64,000 nt of DNA from Basidiobolus meristosporus CBS 931.73 (taxonomy: Eukaryota > Fungi > Basidiobolomycota): contig MCFE01000199.1 of the NCBI GenBank assembly GCA_002104905.1, positions 70,284 to 134,283 on the forward strand, given 5' to 3'. Shown piece after piece: positions 50,401 to 62,500 of this stretch. A model generated the notes under the pieces. That model was not told the DNA's origin, searched no databases, and was given only the letters and a program-made list of their open reading frames with translations. Made by a program: the position numbers and the translations under genes. Each line of letters opens with the position of its first letter. Within the stretch, counting starts at the first letter, position 1.

Positions 50401-51953
50401 CCCAAAGCTAATTTTAGTCTATTTTCACTCAATATCAAGCAGCTCATCAAAGTAAAAACAAATTTCAGTCCCTGAGCAGTTGCTGTACTGACTGAGAGTA
50501 GGTTCTTAGCTATTCCAGGTATAAAGAGTAAGTCAGTCAGTCTTGCTGTTGTTGTCCCTGAGCTGTTGCTTGCATTTGGTTTTATAGACCCACTGACGGT
50601 AGGTTCCAGAGCAGAGTTATCTCCCAGATAAACCTTTGTTATGGGAATAGTCTTTGAGTTGCTGAACCACTCATTTATACCACAAATATGCTGTGACACT
50701 CCAGAGTCAATGTACCATTCATTACTTTGGTTACCTGCACTCTTTTGTACAGTTACAAATAGCTGTTCATCAGTAGTAATATGGTTTGCCTGCTCTAGTT
50801 TTTTTTGTCTGCCTGTTTCTTCTTGCATTCTCTTGCCCAATATCCCGGCTTTTTACAGTAGTTGCAGTAAACTGACTTCTTTGGTTTTGTTACTTTCCCT
50901 TCTTTTCTGAGTGCCTTTCTGAACTGAATAAGGTATTATCTTCAATTTTCTCTGATTGATCATTACTTCTGAGTTCTTCATGGATAAGTCATCCTTTGAC
51001 ATTGTCTAAAGTCAAATTTTCTTCTCTGCTTTCAAAGGAACATATGAGTGGCTCATACTTCTCTGGTAGGTTGCAATGCAATCACAGTATCTTTTCTTCA
51101 TCATCTACACTAGCATAAATACTGTGAAGTTCTTCTGTAAGTGTCTCTATTCTGGTAATGAGTTGTAGCATGTCATCATCTGGCTTCTTCCTCATATTGA
51201 AGAGCCTTTTTTTAAATAAAGCTTGCTTGATACTGACTGTGCTCTAAAGATCTTCTTTAAGGATTCCCATGCTGCTTTGGCAGTATTTGAGGCATGGATT
51301 TGTCTAATGACGGAATCTTGCACATTGATACATATGGCATTAAAGGCCTTACTCTCCTTCTCTTAAGACTTCTCCACTTCTTGTGCTGTTCCTTTGGGCT
51401 CAACTTCTTTTCCTGTCACCATATTCCAAAGCTGCCTTTCTTCAAGGTAGATCTGCATCTTGATTCTCCAAAGTCTGTAGTTCTTTCCATCAAACCTCTC
51501 CTTTACAGGGAAGCTGTTTGTGTTGTTCTGTTTGCTGGTAGAAGTCATCTTTAGAATAGAGCAAGGCAATTTGGGCTTATAACCTGTGGCAATTTAAGAA
51601 GTGATTTGGATATAAGGAACTTATTAAGAAATAGTGATAATAGTTGAACTGTTGTTAATTGCTAAAGAAGCTCAGTATTTATACCTTTGTAAAAGTAATA
51701 CAGCTGTAACACTACGTAAGGAGGGTTTCTCAATACTCAGGAGCATTCTGTAACAGTTTTAGGGTTAGGACAGAATGCTTGGTAGTAGTGCTAATTTGAT
51801 CCTGCCTATAGGGGAATAATCATAAGATCATAGGTCTGAACAAAGTGGTGAAGTTAAAGCTGTAAATTAGTCCCATAGTGACCAAGACTAGTCAAGAATT
51901 GTTAAGTAGAGTTTGAGCTGCTGATTGATACCAAATAGTTCAATATTTCAACA
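47455..51953 (-). mobile_element. Full-length degenerate Copia family A element with two LTRs and 5-bp TSD GTATC
   Basis: LTRs at 47455-47823 and 51585-51953; GTATC at 47450-47454 and 51954-51958; PBS GGTTATAAGCCC; PPT AGTTGAGGGGTAG. Confidence 0.95.
47824..51569 (-). pseudogene. gag-pol: Copia A gag-pol (gag, protease, integrase, RT, RNase H)
   Basis: FDGKNYRLW; WYIDSGVSQH; WHRRLGH; KLEPKSRKGIFLGY; QMDVKIAFLNG; LYGLKQA; LYVDK; YSDSDWG; TKHIDIQHHF. Confidence 0.92.
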
Positions 51954-53479
51954 GTATCTGCTACCCTAAGTACTTTTCACAGTCTCCAATCAACATTTAT
52001 ACGCATAGGAAACAATACAAATGCAAAGACTGGATAAACTGGATATATGTTTACTCAAGTGGCCTTCTGAAGCCATTTCTACTAAGAGTACATTGAAAGC
52101 ATTTGAAGTCATACTTGGTCATTGGAGTAATATTTGCCAACCTGATGCATCTACAGCTTTTGTACAAGGAGCTTGTGAAGGGGTTTGAGCAACCTATACT
52201 ACAAACATGGAGCAGAACACGTATGTATCTGCTGCTACTGTATCCATTTGCTACTCCATCTTGCTCAGTGTGTTTAGAATATTGGACCTTGCTTCACCAC
52301 TTGGGAGTTTCCTATTAAGTAGATGTGTGGGGAGATAGGAAGCTGAGTCAAGTAGCAGGTACTACCAAATCACAATCTCATCAAGAATATCACATGCAAA
52401 TCCTGCATGGATGTGATAGGTTGACACATGGAAGACATTCAGGAAGAGTTGGAAAATACTGAGGATACATGTGCACATGGAGACATCTATGCCTATGGCA
52501 TTAAGATGCTAAGTAGCCCCCATGTGTGGGTAATCAGCTAGGTTTTGCAAAATTGGGGCAGGTGCAGCAAGAAACTAATTCTTATCAGGGAAACTCTACT
52601 AAGGCATGCCGGATTACTCTTAGTCACAAGCCAATCTCTACACAATTCAGAAATAAATTCACGCAAACAAGAGCCAGAATGCACCAATAATGGGATCTAG
52701 AATCCTGCAGGAAGGACTCTATTGGCTAAATACCAAAAAGTTCTTTGCAGATAATCAGGAGGTATTGCTGGCAGAAGTTGTGGCAACCAAGCATAAGCTT
52801 GCAGATGTATATGCAAACAGCAATACAAGGTATATAGCAACTTTGCAGGCTTCATATTAAAAAGCCTTAAAGTTGATGTTATAGGGGTATGTCAAATGAA
52901 GCAGGTGTGCATGTTTGTAAAGACTAGTAAGCAGGTGGCCATAGTATCTTTTGACCCAAACTATTTGTCAAATACCCAAGGTAGCAATGGGTAAGCAAAT
53001 AACAAGGGGTGATTCTAAAGTTGAATTTATGAATTGCACAAGGGGAGGTAGAAAAAGGAAATACTATTTGGTCAATTGGTGTGGTAGCATTATACTGAAC
53101 TGGCTGTAGTCTGTCAAACTGCCATAATAATGCCTTTGGCAGCTGGCAAAGGGGCTGTCCAAACAACTTCAAGTTGCTTACCATATAAGGCAATTAGATG
53201 TAGTGGCTGGTTGGATTCACTCAGATAGTTGTTAAGTGCACAGAGACCGCAACAATTCCATATCACCTCATCCAAAACACCACAAAAACACAGCTATACT
53301 TTAGCAACTATGTTTGGCATTAAAATAGCAAAATGACATTGTGATCCCATCACAAAATCATTTATATGGTCATTAATTCCAAGCTGCTGGTACTATTGCA
53401 GTCTCCTGACAGGATCTTGATAGCTGATCCAGATTGAGTCCACCCACAGAACCAAATTGTTTTTCATATGGAGAGTCAT

Positions 53480-55840
53480 AGAAAAGTGCGTTACAGCAGA
53501 TACACTAATTGAATGGTGCATTTAATGGAGTTGCTTGTTCAGTGTGGGGTTGAGCTTAATTCCAGCTTTGGATGTAAGGACTTGTATAGGTTATTATAGT
53601 TTGCAACTAAGTTCTCATTGCTGATAGAATGGAAATAAACCAATTTGTATGCATGAAATGTAAGAGAATTGGTTAACTCCAGAAGTGAGGAGTTTGCAAA
53701 AAAGGCAATAATCAATTATTGTACACTGACACAGGAGGTGATTCAGTGTTGGGGATCAGAAGGTGTCAGTGCAGGCAGAGAACCAATTTAAAGCCACTTA
53801 AGTTAAATGAGCCCTTTGAGATGCCAATGAAGTTTGAAGGAATTGGCAAGATATACTGAGTATCTGCTATCAGAGTACTTCTTACTTGCTCCAATCAATA
53901 TTCAAACATATGTGCTGTGATACACATGTAAACATTAGATCAGCAAGATATATACCTCAAGTAGCCTTCTAAAGCCATTTCCACCAGGAGTACATCAGAA
54001 GTATTGAGAGCTATCTCTTGACAACATTGGAGTATTTTAGTATCCAATAGCTGCGCACTAAACTCTGAAATAGCTTACCTACAACTTTTATACAATGAGT
54101 TTATCACAAGAACTAAGTGGCCATACTGCAGGCATAATGCTGAATATGTAGATACCTGACACTGCTGCTTCCATTCTTTGCTCTATCTTGCTTGGTGTGT
54201 GAAGAATCTCAGGCCTTGCTTCTCCTTTGGGTAATCTTTGGTGAAGTGGAGGTATTAGTAGATAGAAAGATATGCCAGGTTGCAGGCTACTACTAAATCT
54301 TAACCCTATCAAGAATATAGCCGTCATGTGCATATGGAGACACCTTTAACTTTGGCATTCAAAGGCTAAGTATCCCCAATATGTGGGTAATCTGGCTAGT
54401 AATACAGGATTGGGTTGGACACAACAAATAACTAATTGTAATTGGATCAGCTTTAACAAAGTATTTAGGCTTCTCCTGGTAATAAGCCAGCTTCTATACC
54501 ATTGGGTACAGAATTCACACATAAAAGGCTCAGAGCACACCAAATAACATTAATAGAATCCAGCAGGGAGAAGAAATAAATTGGCTAAGTATCAAAGAGT
54601 ACCCTAAGAAGAAAAACAGAAAAGGTCTGCAAAATGCTCTTGTGATGTTGGCTCAATTCCAAATTTCTCAAAATTGACAACTCTCATTATCTCTGTTTTT
54701 AGTTGATAGGCAGGCAAGCAAACAAAATGCGTAGGTGGAGACTAGGCCAACTGGCATCCATACCAAATTTGGTAATTAGCTGCCTGTTACTCCCATCAAA
54801 AGTTGCATTGGATATTTTTTCAACTTAAAACAACACCTGTATACCAGCAAAACACCATTAGAATACCGCCTGAAATCAGATGAGTTCCAAGTTTACAATT
54901 TTTCATAGGGGTACTTTGCAAATATCACAAGGTTCTCATGACAAAAGTAACAGCAACCAAGCATATGCTTACAAGCTATATATGCTACCACCAGGAAGGG
55001 CATAAAGCCATAATGCAAGTAAAAAACTAAAAAGCCATATCATGGAGGAGGAAGAAGTGTGCCAGTTGCAGCTGGTGTGCACATAGGTAGGGTTAATAAG
55101 GAGAAGGCAATACCTACTTTGGATACAGATTTTATGGGGAACACCCATTGTAGGAGTGGGGAAGCAAGTAAAGAGCAGCAAATCTACAGCTATATATTCA
55201 AGCAGTGCAACAGGAGGTAGAAAAAGGAAGTGCTGAGTGGTAAGTTGGTCCAGTAGCGTTATAAAGTACTAGCTTTAGGCTGCCATTGTCATGCCAATAA
55301 AGGTCTGCAAAGAAACTGCCAAAACAGTATCAGTTTCTTTACCATATGAGGCAATTGAATTTATTGGTCTGTTAGGTCTGCACAAACTAACATAGACCAC
55401 AAATGGACTGTCAAAATGCTATACAACTCTTGCAAGAAGACTGTCTCAATACCATGTAGTTAATAATTCTATTTGATAGTAAAACTAACAACACACCATC
55501 CCAATTCTAACATACCCTATGAAAAATAATTTGGTCCTGCAGGTGGATCCAATCCAGATCAACCAGGAGGATCCTGTTTAGAGATCATCCTAATACCAGC
55601 AGCTTAGAATTAGTGACCCTCTTGACAATCTTATAATGGGATCACAACAGTGGTTTACTAATTTTACTACCAAATTAAGGGATAAATTTGACAAGATTTA
55701 ATTGGTGCTGTGACAAACATTGCATGATATTGTTGTGGTCTTTTAGCGCTCTACAGCTACTTTAAGTGGATCCAACTGGCCAGGACATCCAAGTGCCTTA
55801 TATGACAAGATACTTGACAGTATTTGATGGCCTTTAAAAA
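53480..55840. mobile_element. Mosaic of CACTA/CMC-like fragments with termini at 54910 (..TTTCATAGGG) and 55515 (CCCTATGAAAAATAATT)
   Basis: Pieces match the ORF2 3' region, the transposase C-terminus and the 3' subterminal region of the other copies. Confidence 0.65.
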
Positions 55841-58800
55841 GCATTAATGAAGCAATTAGATGCAGTGGCAGAGAGGATAGATGTAATGGCCCAGAGAAGT
55901 CAGGAAGTAGTCCAGAAACAGGATGAGTGGATAATACATGTAGAGCAATAAATTTCCTAGGTAGAGAAAGCAGTATCTTTGCTGCAGAGAAGGGACTCAA
56001 TTAGCTCAATGTCACAGCCAAGAATTGAGCCATTTCCCAATGTAACAGCAGAGAAGCACTGTACAGTCTTTGAAGCACAACAACAGTGTCCAAAGATAAA
56101 GCCCACAGAAAAACCTATCACGGCATGGGAGGGAGACAATGTAGTGTTAATACCAAAGCCTAAAAATCAAAAGACATTGAAGATCTGTGAAGCCATTGAG
56201 TGCAATAAAGAGGAGTGGGCTAATATTCAAGAAGCTGCTAGAAGTGTAGCACGTCATCACCTTAAGGCCAACATACCATTGGACCATCAGGAACTCAAGG
56301 ACAAGCAGAATGTACTTGACTAGTTGTGACAGGCTCTTGTAAAAGCGGCTGGTTTTTATCACTGCCAGGTCCTTCACTGCTATTTTGACTGGGTGCTTCT
56401 TGAGTGGTACCACACTTTTTCCCTGATAAGTGTTGTGCTGGTACATCCTTGTCTGCCTGCTTGTCCTTAATTAGCACTCTTCCTGCTGCCTTATGTATCT
56501 TTGACGCTTGTCTAGAGCTTTTGGCCCTGCTTGTAACAGGCTCTTGAGGAAGCCGCTAATTTTTATCCATGGCACCCTTGTTCTTCTGCCTTTGATAGTT
56601 GCTGCTATTCTTACAATACTTTCTTAGCATACCAATGCTGGCCCAAAATCTGTTTGCCTGCTTGAATCCAGGATAATGCTCATGGAACAAGTCAAGTGCA
56701 TTCTGCTTGGCCTTGAGCTCCTGATGGTCCCATGGTATGCCAGTCTTAAGGTGATGGCATGCTAGACTTCTGACAGCCTCTTGTATATAAGCCCACTCTT
56801 CATTATTGCACTCAATGGCTTCACAGATCTTCAATATCTTATGATTTTTAGGCTTTGGTATAAACACCACATTGTCTCCCTCCCATGCTGTGATAGGTTT
56901 TTCTGTGGGCTTTATCTTTGGGCACTGTTGTTGTGCTTCAAAGACTGTACAGTGCTTCTCTGCTGTTACATTGGGAAATGGCTCAATTCTTGGCTGTGAC
57001 ATTGAGCTAATTGAGTCCCTTCTCTGCAGCAAAGATACTGCTTTCTCTACCTAGGAAATTTATTGCTCTACATGTATTATCCACTCATCCTGTTTCTGGA
57101 CTACTTCCTGACTTCTCTGGGCCATTACATCTATCCTCTCTGCCACTGCATCTAATTGCTTCATTAATGCTTTGGTATGAGCTGACATCATACTTGCTAA
57201 TATGGGTGGTAGTGATGCTATCATGGCCACTTGCTGGTCTTCAACTGAGGGTACTGCATTTGCTACATTCTCATCTGCCTGAGCATAATGGTCAGCTTGT
57301 GGCTCTGCAGAGGTTCTCAATTGCCTACTTGACTGAGAGCCTGAGGAGTCCGCATTATTATCTTCAGTGGCCACACTGTCCACCGGGCCTTTATTGGATA
57401 TAGCCCTGCTTGTTTCACTGATTGTCAAAGCAAGCTGTTGTCCAATGCTTCTTCTGTTGCTGTCAGCTGTGGGATTTGGTTGAGAACCAGACAACGTTGC
57501 TTTATTTTTTGGTGGCATATATATAGAAGTAAGTCAAACCAAAGGGAATATAGTGTTACATATACGTGTGTATGTGGTGCCACAGCTTTATTTATAATGC
57601 TTACTATGGTGGGTCATTGTTAAATCTTACATTCATGTAGGTGCAATGTCTTAAATACAAGACTGTCTTAAGTTCACATGAGTATTGACCAAAAAGTGAT
57701 ATTATAGCATTACATTGCTGAAGGTCATACTGTTTGCCCCATGGACAAGACTACTCTGACTCAATGCTGCAAGAGAAGAGAAAAAAGACCATGTAACCAT
57801 TGCAGCAAGCCTCCCAGACATGAGGTATGCAGACAGCATAGGGAGTATTACAAGGATCATGGTATGGTGGTGTATAGGTCCAAGGGAGAGATATGTCCAA
57901 CACTTCTCAAGGGTTTTGTGTGTGGGGTGTTCACTGGGTGCAATAACCTCTGGCAAAAGCTTGCTAGGAATACTTGGGTTCTGTCTCTAATCTAATGTGA
58001 AGGGGAATAAAGCCACAAGCTTGTCAAGGGAAAACTATGGAGCTAAAATCCCCAACTTAGTTGGGGTCTTAACAAAAGTAGGTGCTGGGTTCAGTGTCCT
58101 TTGAGATGACAATGTACTAAAGCTTCCAAAGTCAAAACAACTGTAAACTCCACCAGCAGGGACTTGATAAGAATGCAGCTGTGGTCAATAGTTACAAAGA
58201 CAGAAAAGTATCTTTGCCTGTACAAGAACAAGCTTGGGAAAGAATCAAATATAATAAAAGATACCTACTCTGAGTATTCCTCTCAAGTAGTGCCTCCAAG
58301 GTCAGTTGGCTGTCAGCACGGTTTCCTGGGAGTGTCCTGCGGTCTGGGGTTGGGAGTTCAGGTAGCAGCAGGTAGCAGTGATCACACTAATCAACAAGGT
58401 GGTATATTGATAAAAGGGATGATCATTTATTGATGAGGGATAGCTTCCCTTACATACTTTTCTTACTGGCTAAGTGATTACTAATCAAGGTGTTCCAGAA
58501 GGTTCCAGATATCAATAGAAATCTTAATGACATCAGAATGACCTAAGAATGTTCTAAGTAGGTGCCGGAAGGTTCTAAGAGGTTCAGCACATCCAACAAA
58601 TCAGGAATCAGTATTCTGAGACCTGTGTAACATAGGGATAACATATATGGTATGGAAATGGTAGGGATGGTGACACACGTTGATCATGTGTCACGGGTAC
58701 TGGTGCGGGCACTTGCCTAATATAGAAGCACTTAATGCTAGTAATCTTACATAAAGTGAGGGGTAACTTATGCAATAAGGCAAGCAGGTGTGATAGTCAA

Positions 58801-59597
58801 CCGGCTTATGGGATAGTACTGATTGGGTAAGACAAATGGGATAAAACTAAAATAAATGTAGTAGAGATATAGGGAAGTAGAAAATGTGGGAATGAGCACA
58901 TCTGTCAGTGGGTGTCATTGTCACCCCACTACAACAGCCAGTGTTTTGCCACCCAAGTCATATTTGACCATTCTTTGGTCACTACTGTACCAACATTATC
59001 TTGCCAGCTAGTTAATACTCCTATATTTGCACCTGGCTGTCTTTGTCACCTTGTGCAAACTGAGTCAGGTGAGTTTGTGACGCCTTTAGGCTCACCTGAG
59101 CCTTCTGAGTATGATGCACAGAGTGATAGCTCTGACAACAAAGGTTCACTGATGGATTTTGAGCCTATCTCCCCTAACAACAGTGCCACGTATCAGCCCA
59201 GTCAAATCCCCATATGCAATGAGACAACACTTGTTGAAACAAATGCCAAGGATACTTTATGGAGCCAAGTGAGCCCAGTAATCTATTGCCTGGTGAATGA
59301 TGTTAATTGTGGCTAGAGAAGTGGTGCATTTCCACTAATATCAGTAATGGGGGCTTTAAAGATTTATAACTACTTCTTGCCAAAATTATACTAGGATGCA
59401 ACTTACCATGTGCATGGTACAAGTGGACAACCGTCATGCAGCTGGCAACATACAATCCAGAGATAGTCCTGATTCAGCATGTGTCAACAATTGCATGGCA
59501 TTCACATCCAAAAATGCTGCCATTGCAACATGTCCAAATTGTCAGGAATCCACCACCATTGAGGGAAAACATTGTTCACACTCCAGATATATTCCGG
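55838..59597. mobile_element. CACTA/CMC-like copy 7: ORF2 on - (56325-57518) with an inverted ORF2 piece at 55838-56322; transposase 5' part on + (57741-59597) split by a solo LTR
   Basis: ORF 57060-57518 MPPKNKATLSGSQP.. is homologous to 18891; ORF 57741 MDKTTLTQCCKRREKRPC is homologous to 18668. Confidence 0.8.
57863..58933 (-). mobile_element. Gypsy A solo LTR with a decayed 4-bp TSD (ATGG / ACAG, from ACGG)
   Basis: The empty site GATCACGGCCAG is preserved in copy 2 (reverse strand, ~18543-18554). Confidence 0.92.
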
Positions 59598-62500
59598 TGT
59601 GGTGGTATATAGGTCCAAGGGAGAGATACATCCAACACTTCTCTTGTGATTTGTGTGTGGGGTGTTCACTGGGTGCAATAACCTCTGGCAAAAGCTTGCT
59701 AGGAATACTTGGGTTCTGTCTCTAATCTAATGTGAATGGGAATAAAGCCACAAGCTTGTCAAGGGAAAACTATGGAGCTAAAATCCCCAACTTAGTTGGT
59801 GTCTTAACAAAAGTAGGTGCTGGGTTCAGTGTCCTTTGAGATGACAATGTACTAAAGCTTCCAAAGTAAAAACAACTGTAAACTCCACCAGCAGGGACTT
59901 GATAAGAATGCAGCTGTGGTCAACAGTTACAAAGACAGAAAAGTATCTTTGCCTGTACAAGAACAAGCTTGTGAAAGAATCAAATATAATATAAGATACC
60001 TACTCTGAGTATTCCTCTCAAGTAGTGCCTCCAAGGTCAGTTGGCTGTCAGCACGGTTTCCTGGGAGCATCCTGTGGTCTGGGGTTGGAAGTTCAGGTAG
60101 CAGCAGGTAGCAGTGATCACACTAATCAACAAGGTGGTATATTGATAAAAGGGATGATGATTTATTGATGAGGGATAGCCTCCCTTACATACTTTTCTTA
60201 CTGGCTATGTGATTACTAATAATGGTGTTCCAGAAGGTTCCAGATATCAATAGAAATCTTAATGACATCAGTATGACCTAAGAATGTTCTAAGTAGGTGC
60301 CGGAAGGTTCTAAGAGGCACAGCACATCCAACCAATCAGGAATCAGTATTCTGAGACCTGTGTAACATAGGAATACCATATACGGTATGGAAATGGTAGG
60401 GATGGTGACACAGGTTGATCATGTGTCATGGGTACTGGCGCGGGTACTTGCCTAATATAGAAGCATTTACAGCTAGTAATCTTACATAAAGTGAGGGGTA
60501 ACTTATGCAATAAGGTAAGCAGATGTGATAGTCAACCGGCTTATGGGATAGTACTGATTGAGTAAGACAAACGGGATAAAACTAAAATAAATGTAGTAGA
60601 GATATAGGGAAGTAGAAAATAAGGGAATGAGCACATCTGTCAGTGGGTGTCACTGTCATCCCACTACATCCACCCCCCTCTCAGCTTAGAACTTGGGTCA
60701 AAGCAAACTAATCTTGATGTGCAAAATTCCTACGCTTGAATAACTTAAGTTGGTTTCCAGCAACTGGTGCTCTCAACTGGGTGTTGTCAAGCTCAGATAT
60801 GTAATAACTTCCATTTCCAATCACTTTGGAAATGAGGTAGGGGCCAGTCTATTTGTTGTCAAACTTCCAATTCCATTGTTTGTCCAAGGTGGAATCATAG
60901 TGTAATACTGGGTCTCCTAGTGATAGTGGTTTTGGTCTTGTTGGGTGTGATTTGTTAAAGGGCACCTTGGTCTTCAGTTGTGTATCCTTAAGTTGTTCAG
61001 CAGCTCTGCTAATATTCAAGTCATGGTGATCAAGTTGCTGTGTGCAAGTTGCAAGGAGGTCTACAGTCTCCATATTGGATCTCCAATTCAATGAGTTCCA
61101 AGTGACTGTGTTTAACTCAACTGGTAGTATGCAGTCATGTCCATAGAGTAGTTTGAATGGCAATAATCCAGTTGTTCTCTTGGTAGTAATTCTATCTGCC
61201 CAGAGTGCAAGATGTAATTGCTGTGGCCATAGTGTTGTGTTATTCTCACAGGGCTTGACAAGAGACTTCACCAATGGTCCATGTCCTCTCTCTATCATTC
61301 CATTGGCTTGAGGGTGGTAAGCTGTTGTAAAAGCAATGTGTATCTTTTACTTGGAGTACAACTCCTGGATCATTAGGGATGTCATCTCTCCTCTGTCAGC
61401 AACAAACTGTTGGATGCAGCCAAATCTGCAGATGATGTCTTCAAGTATAAATCTCCATATGGTATGGCTCTTGTTGTTGGGCAAGGCTCCAGCCTCTGCA
61501 CATCCACTAAGGTCATCTCTAGCAACAATCAGGTACTTTTTTGATCCAGCCCTTGGCATGTGGACAAGGTCAATACCAACCTTTTGCCATAGACAGATTG
61601 TGTAAGTAGGATGCAGTGGTTCTTCATAACGCTTGGAGGATCTCTTCTGGCAGGCTACATATGACTCAACAAAGTGTTGGGTATTATAGTACATGTTTTC
61701 CCAGTAGTACCTCTGAGCTGTGGTATTGTAGGTGGCTTCTTGTCCTCTATGTCCTCCTGGTTCTCCTTGATGGATACTTGTCATGATGTTCAGTTGCTCT
61801 TGTGGGTAGTGACTACTCTTCTTGGCATAAGTCCAGGCTTCACTTGCTTAAGGAGAAAATCATCTTTAAGATAGTAGTGGTGTGCCTTCTTCCTGGGTTT
61901 TCTAAACTCCTGAATTTCCATCCAACTAGGTTTCTTAAGTGTCCTTAGATATTCCTTGATCAAATTCCAGGTAGTTCTCTCTTGGTCTTTGATGGAAATC
62001 TGTTGGATCTCTGCATCAATAATATCATCAAAGTGAGGGTCCAAGTCTTCAAATAATTGTGGTCCTTTCCTGGAGAGTGCATCAGCCACAACATTTGTCT
62101 TGCCAGGGATATGTCTGACCTCAGAGTCAAACTTTTCAGCCTTGCCATCCATTGGTTTGTGGCATCATCAGGTAGGTCAGGCTTGTTGATCATTCCTATA
62201 AGTGGCTTGGCATCTGTCTCCAGGATAAAATGTGTCATGTAGAGTTGTGACTTTAGTTTCCTCAGCATCTTCATAACTCCTAGTAGTTCTCTCTTAATCT
62301 GTGAGTATCTTTGTTCTCTATGAGAGAATAGGCAGCTCTCATATCTGCAGGCATAGCGGTTGCCATCTTCATCATCTTGTCCAAGTAGTGCTCCAGCTCC
62401 TATAGGGCTTGCATCCACTGTCAAAATAGGTGGGTATTTGGTGTTTTGATAGTCAAGAGGTCTCAGAACTGGTGGAGATACTAAGGCCTCTTTCAGTAAT

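Larger units (their letters stand above)
46091..53471 (+). mobile_element. CACTA/CMC-like copy 6 (transposase remnant 46091-47454 and 51959-53471) interrupted by Copia A
   Basis: Colinear with copy 1; degenerate end GTTTTTCATATGG. Confidence 0.75.
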
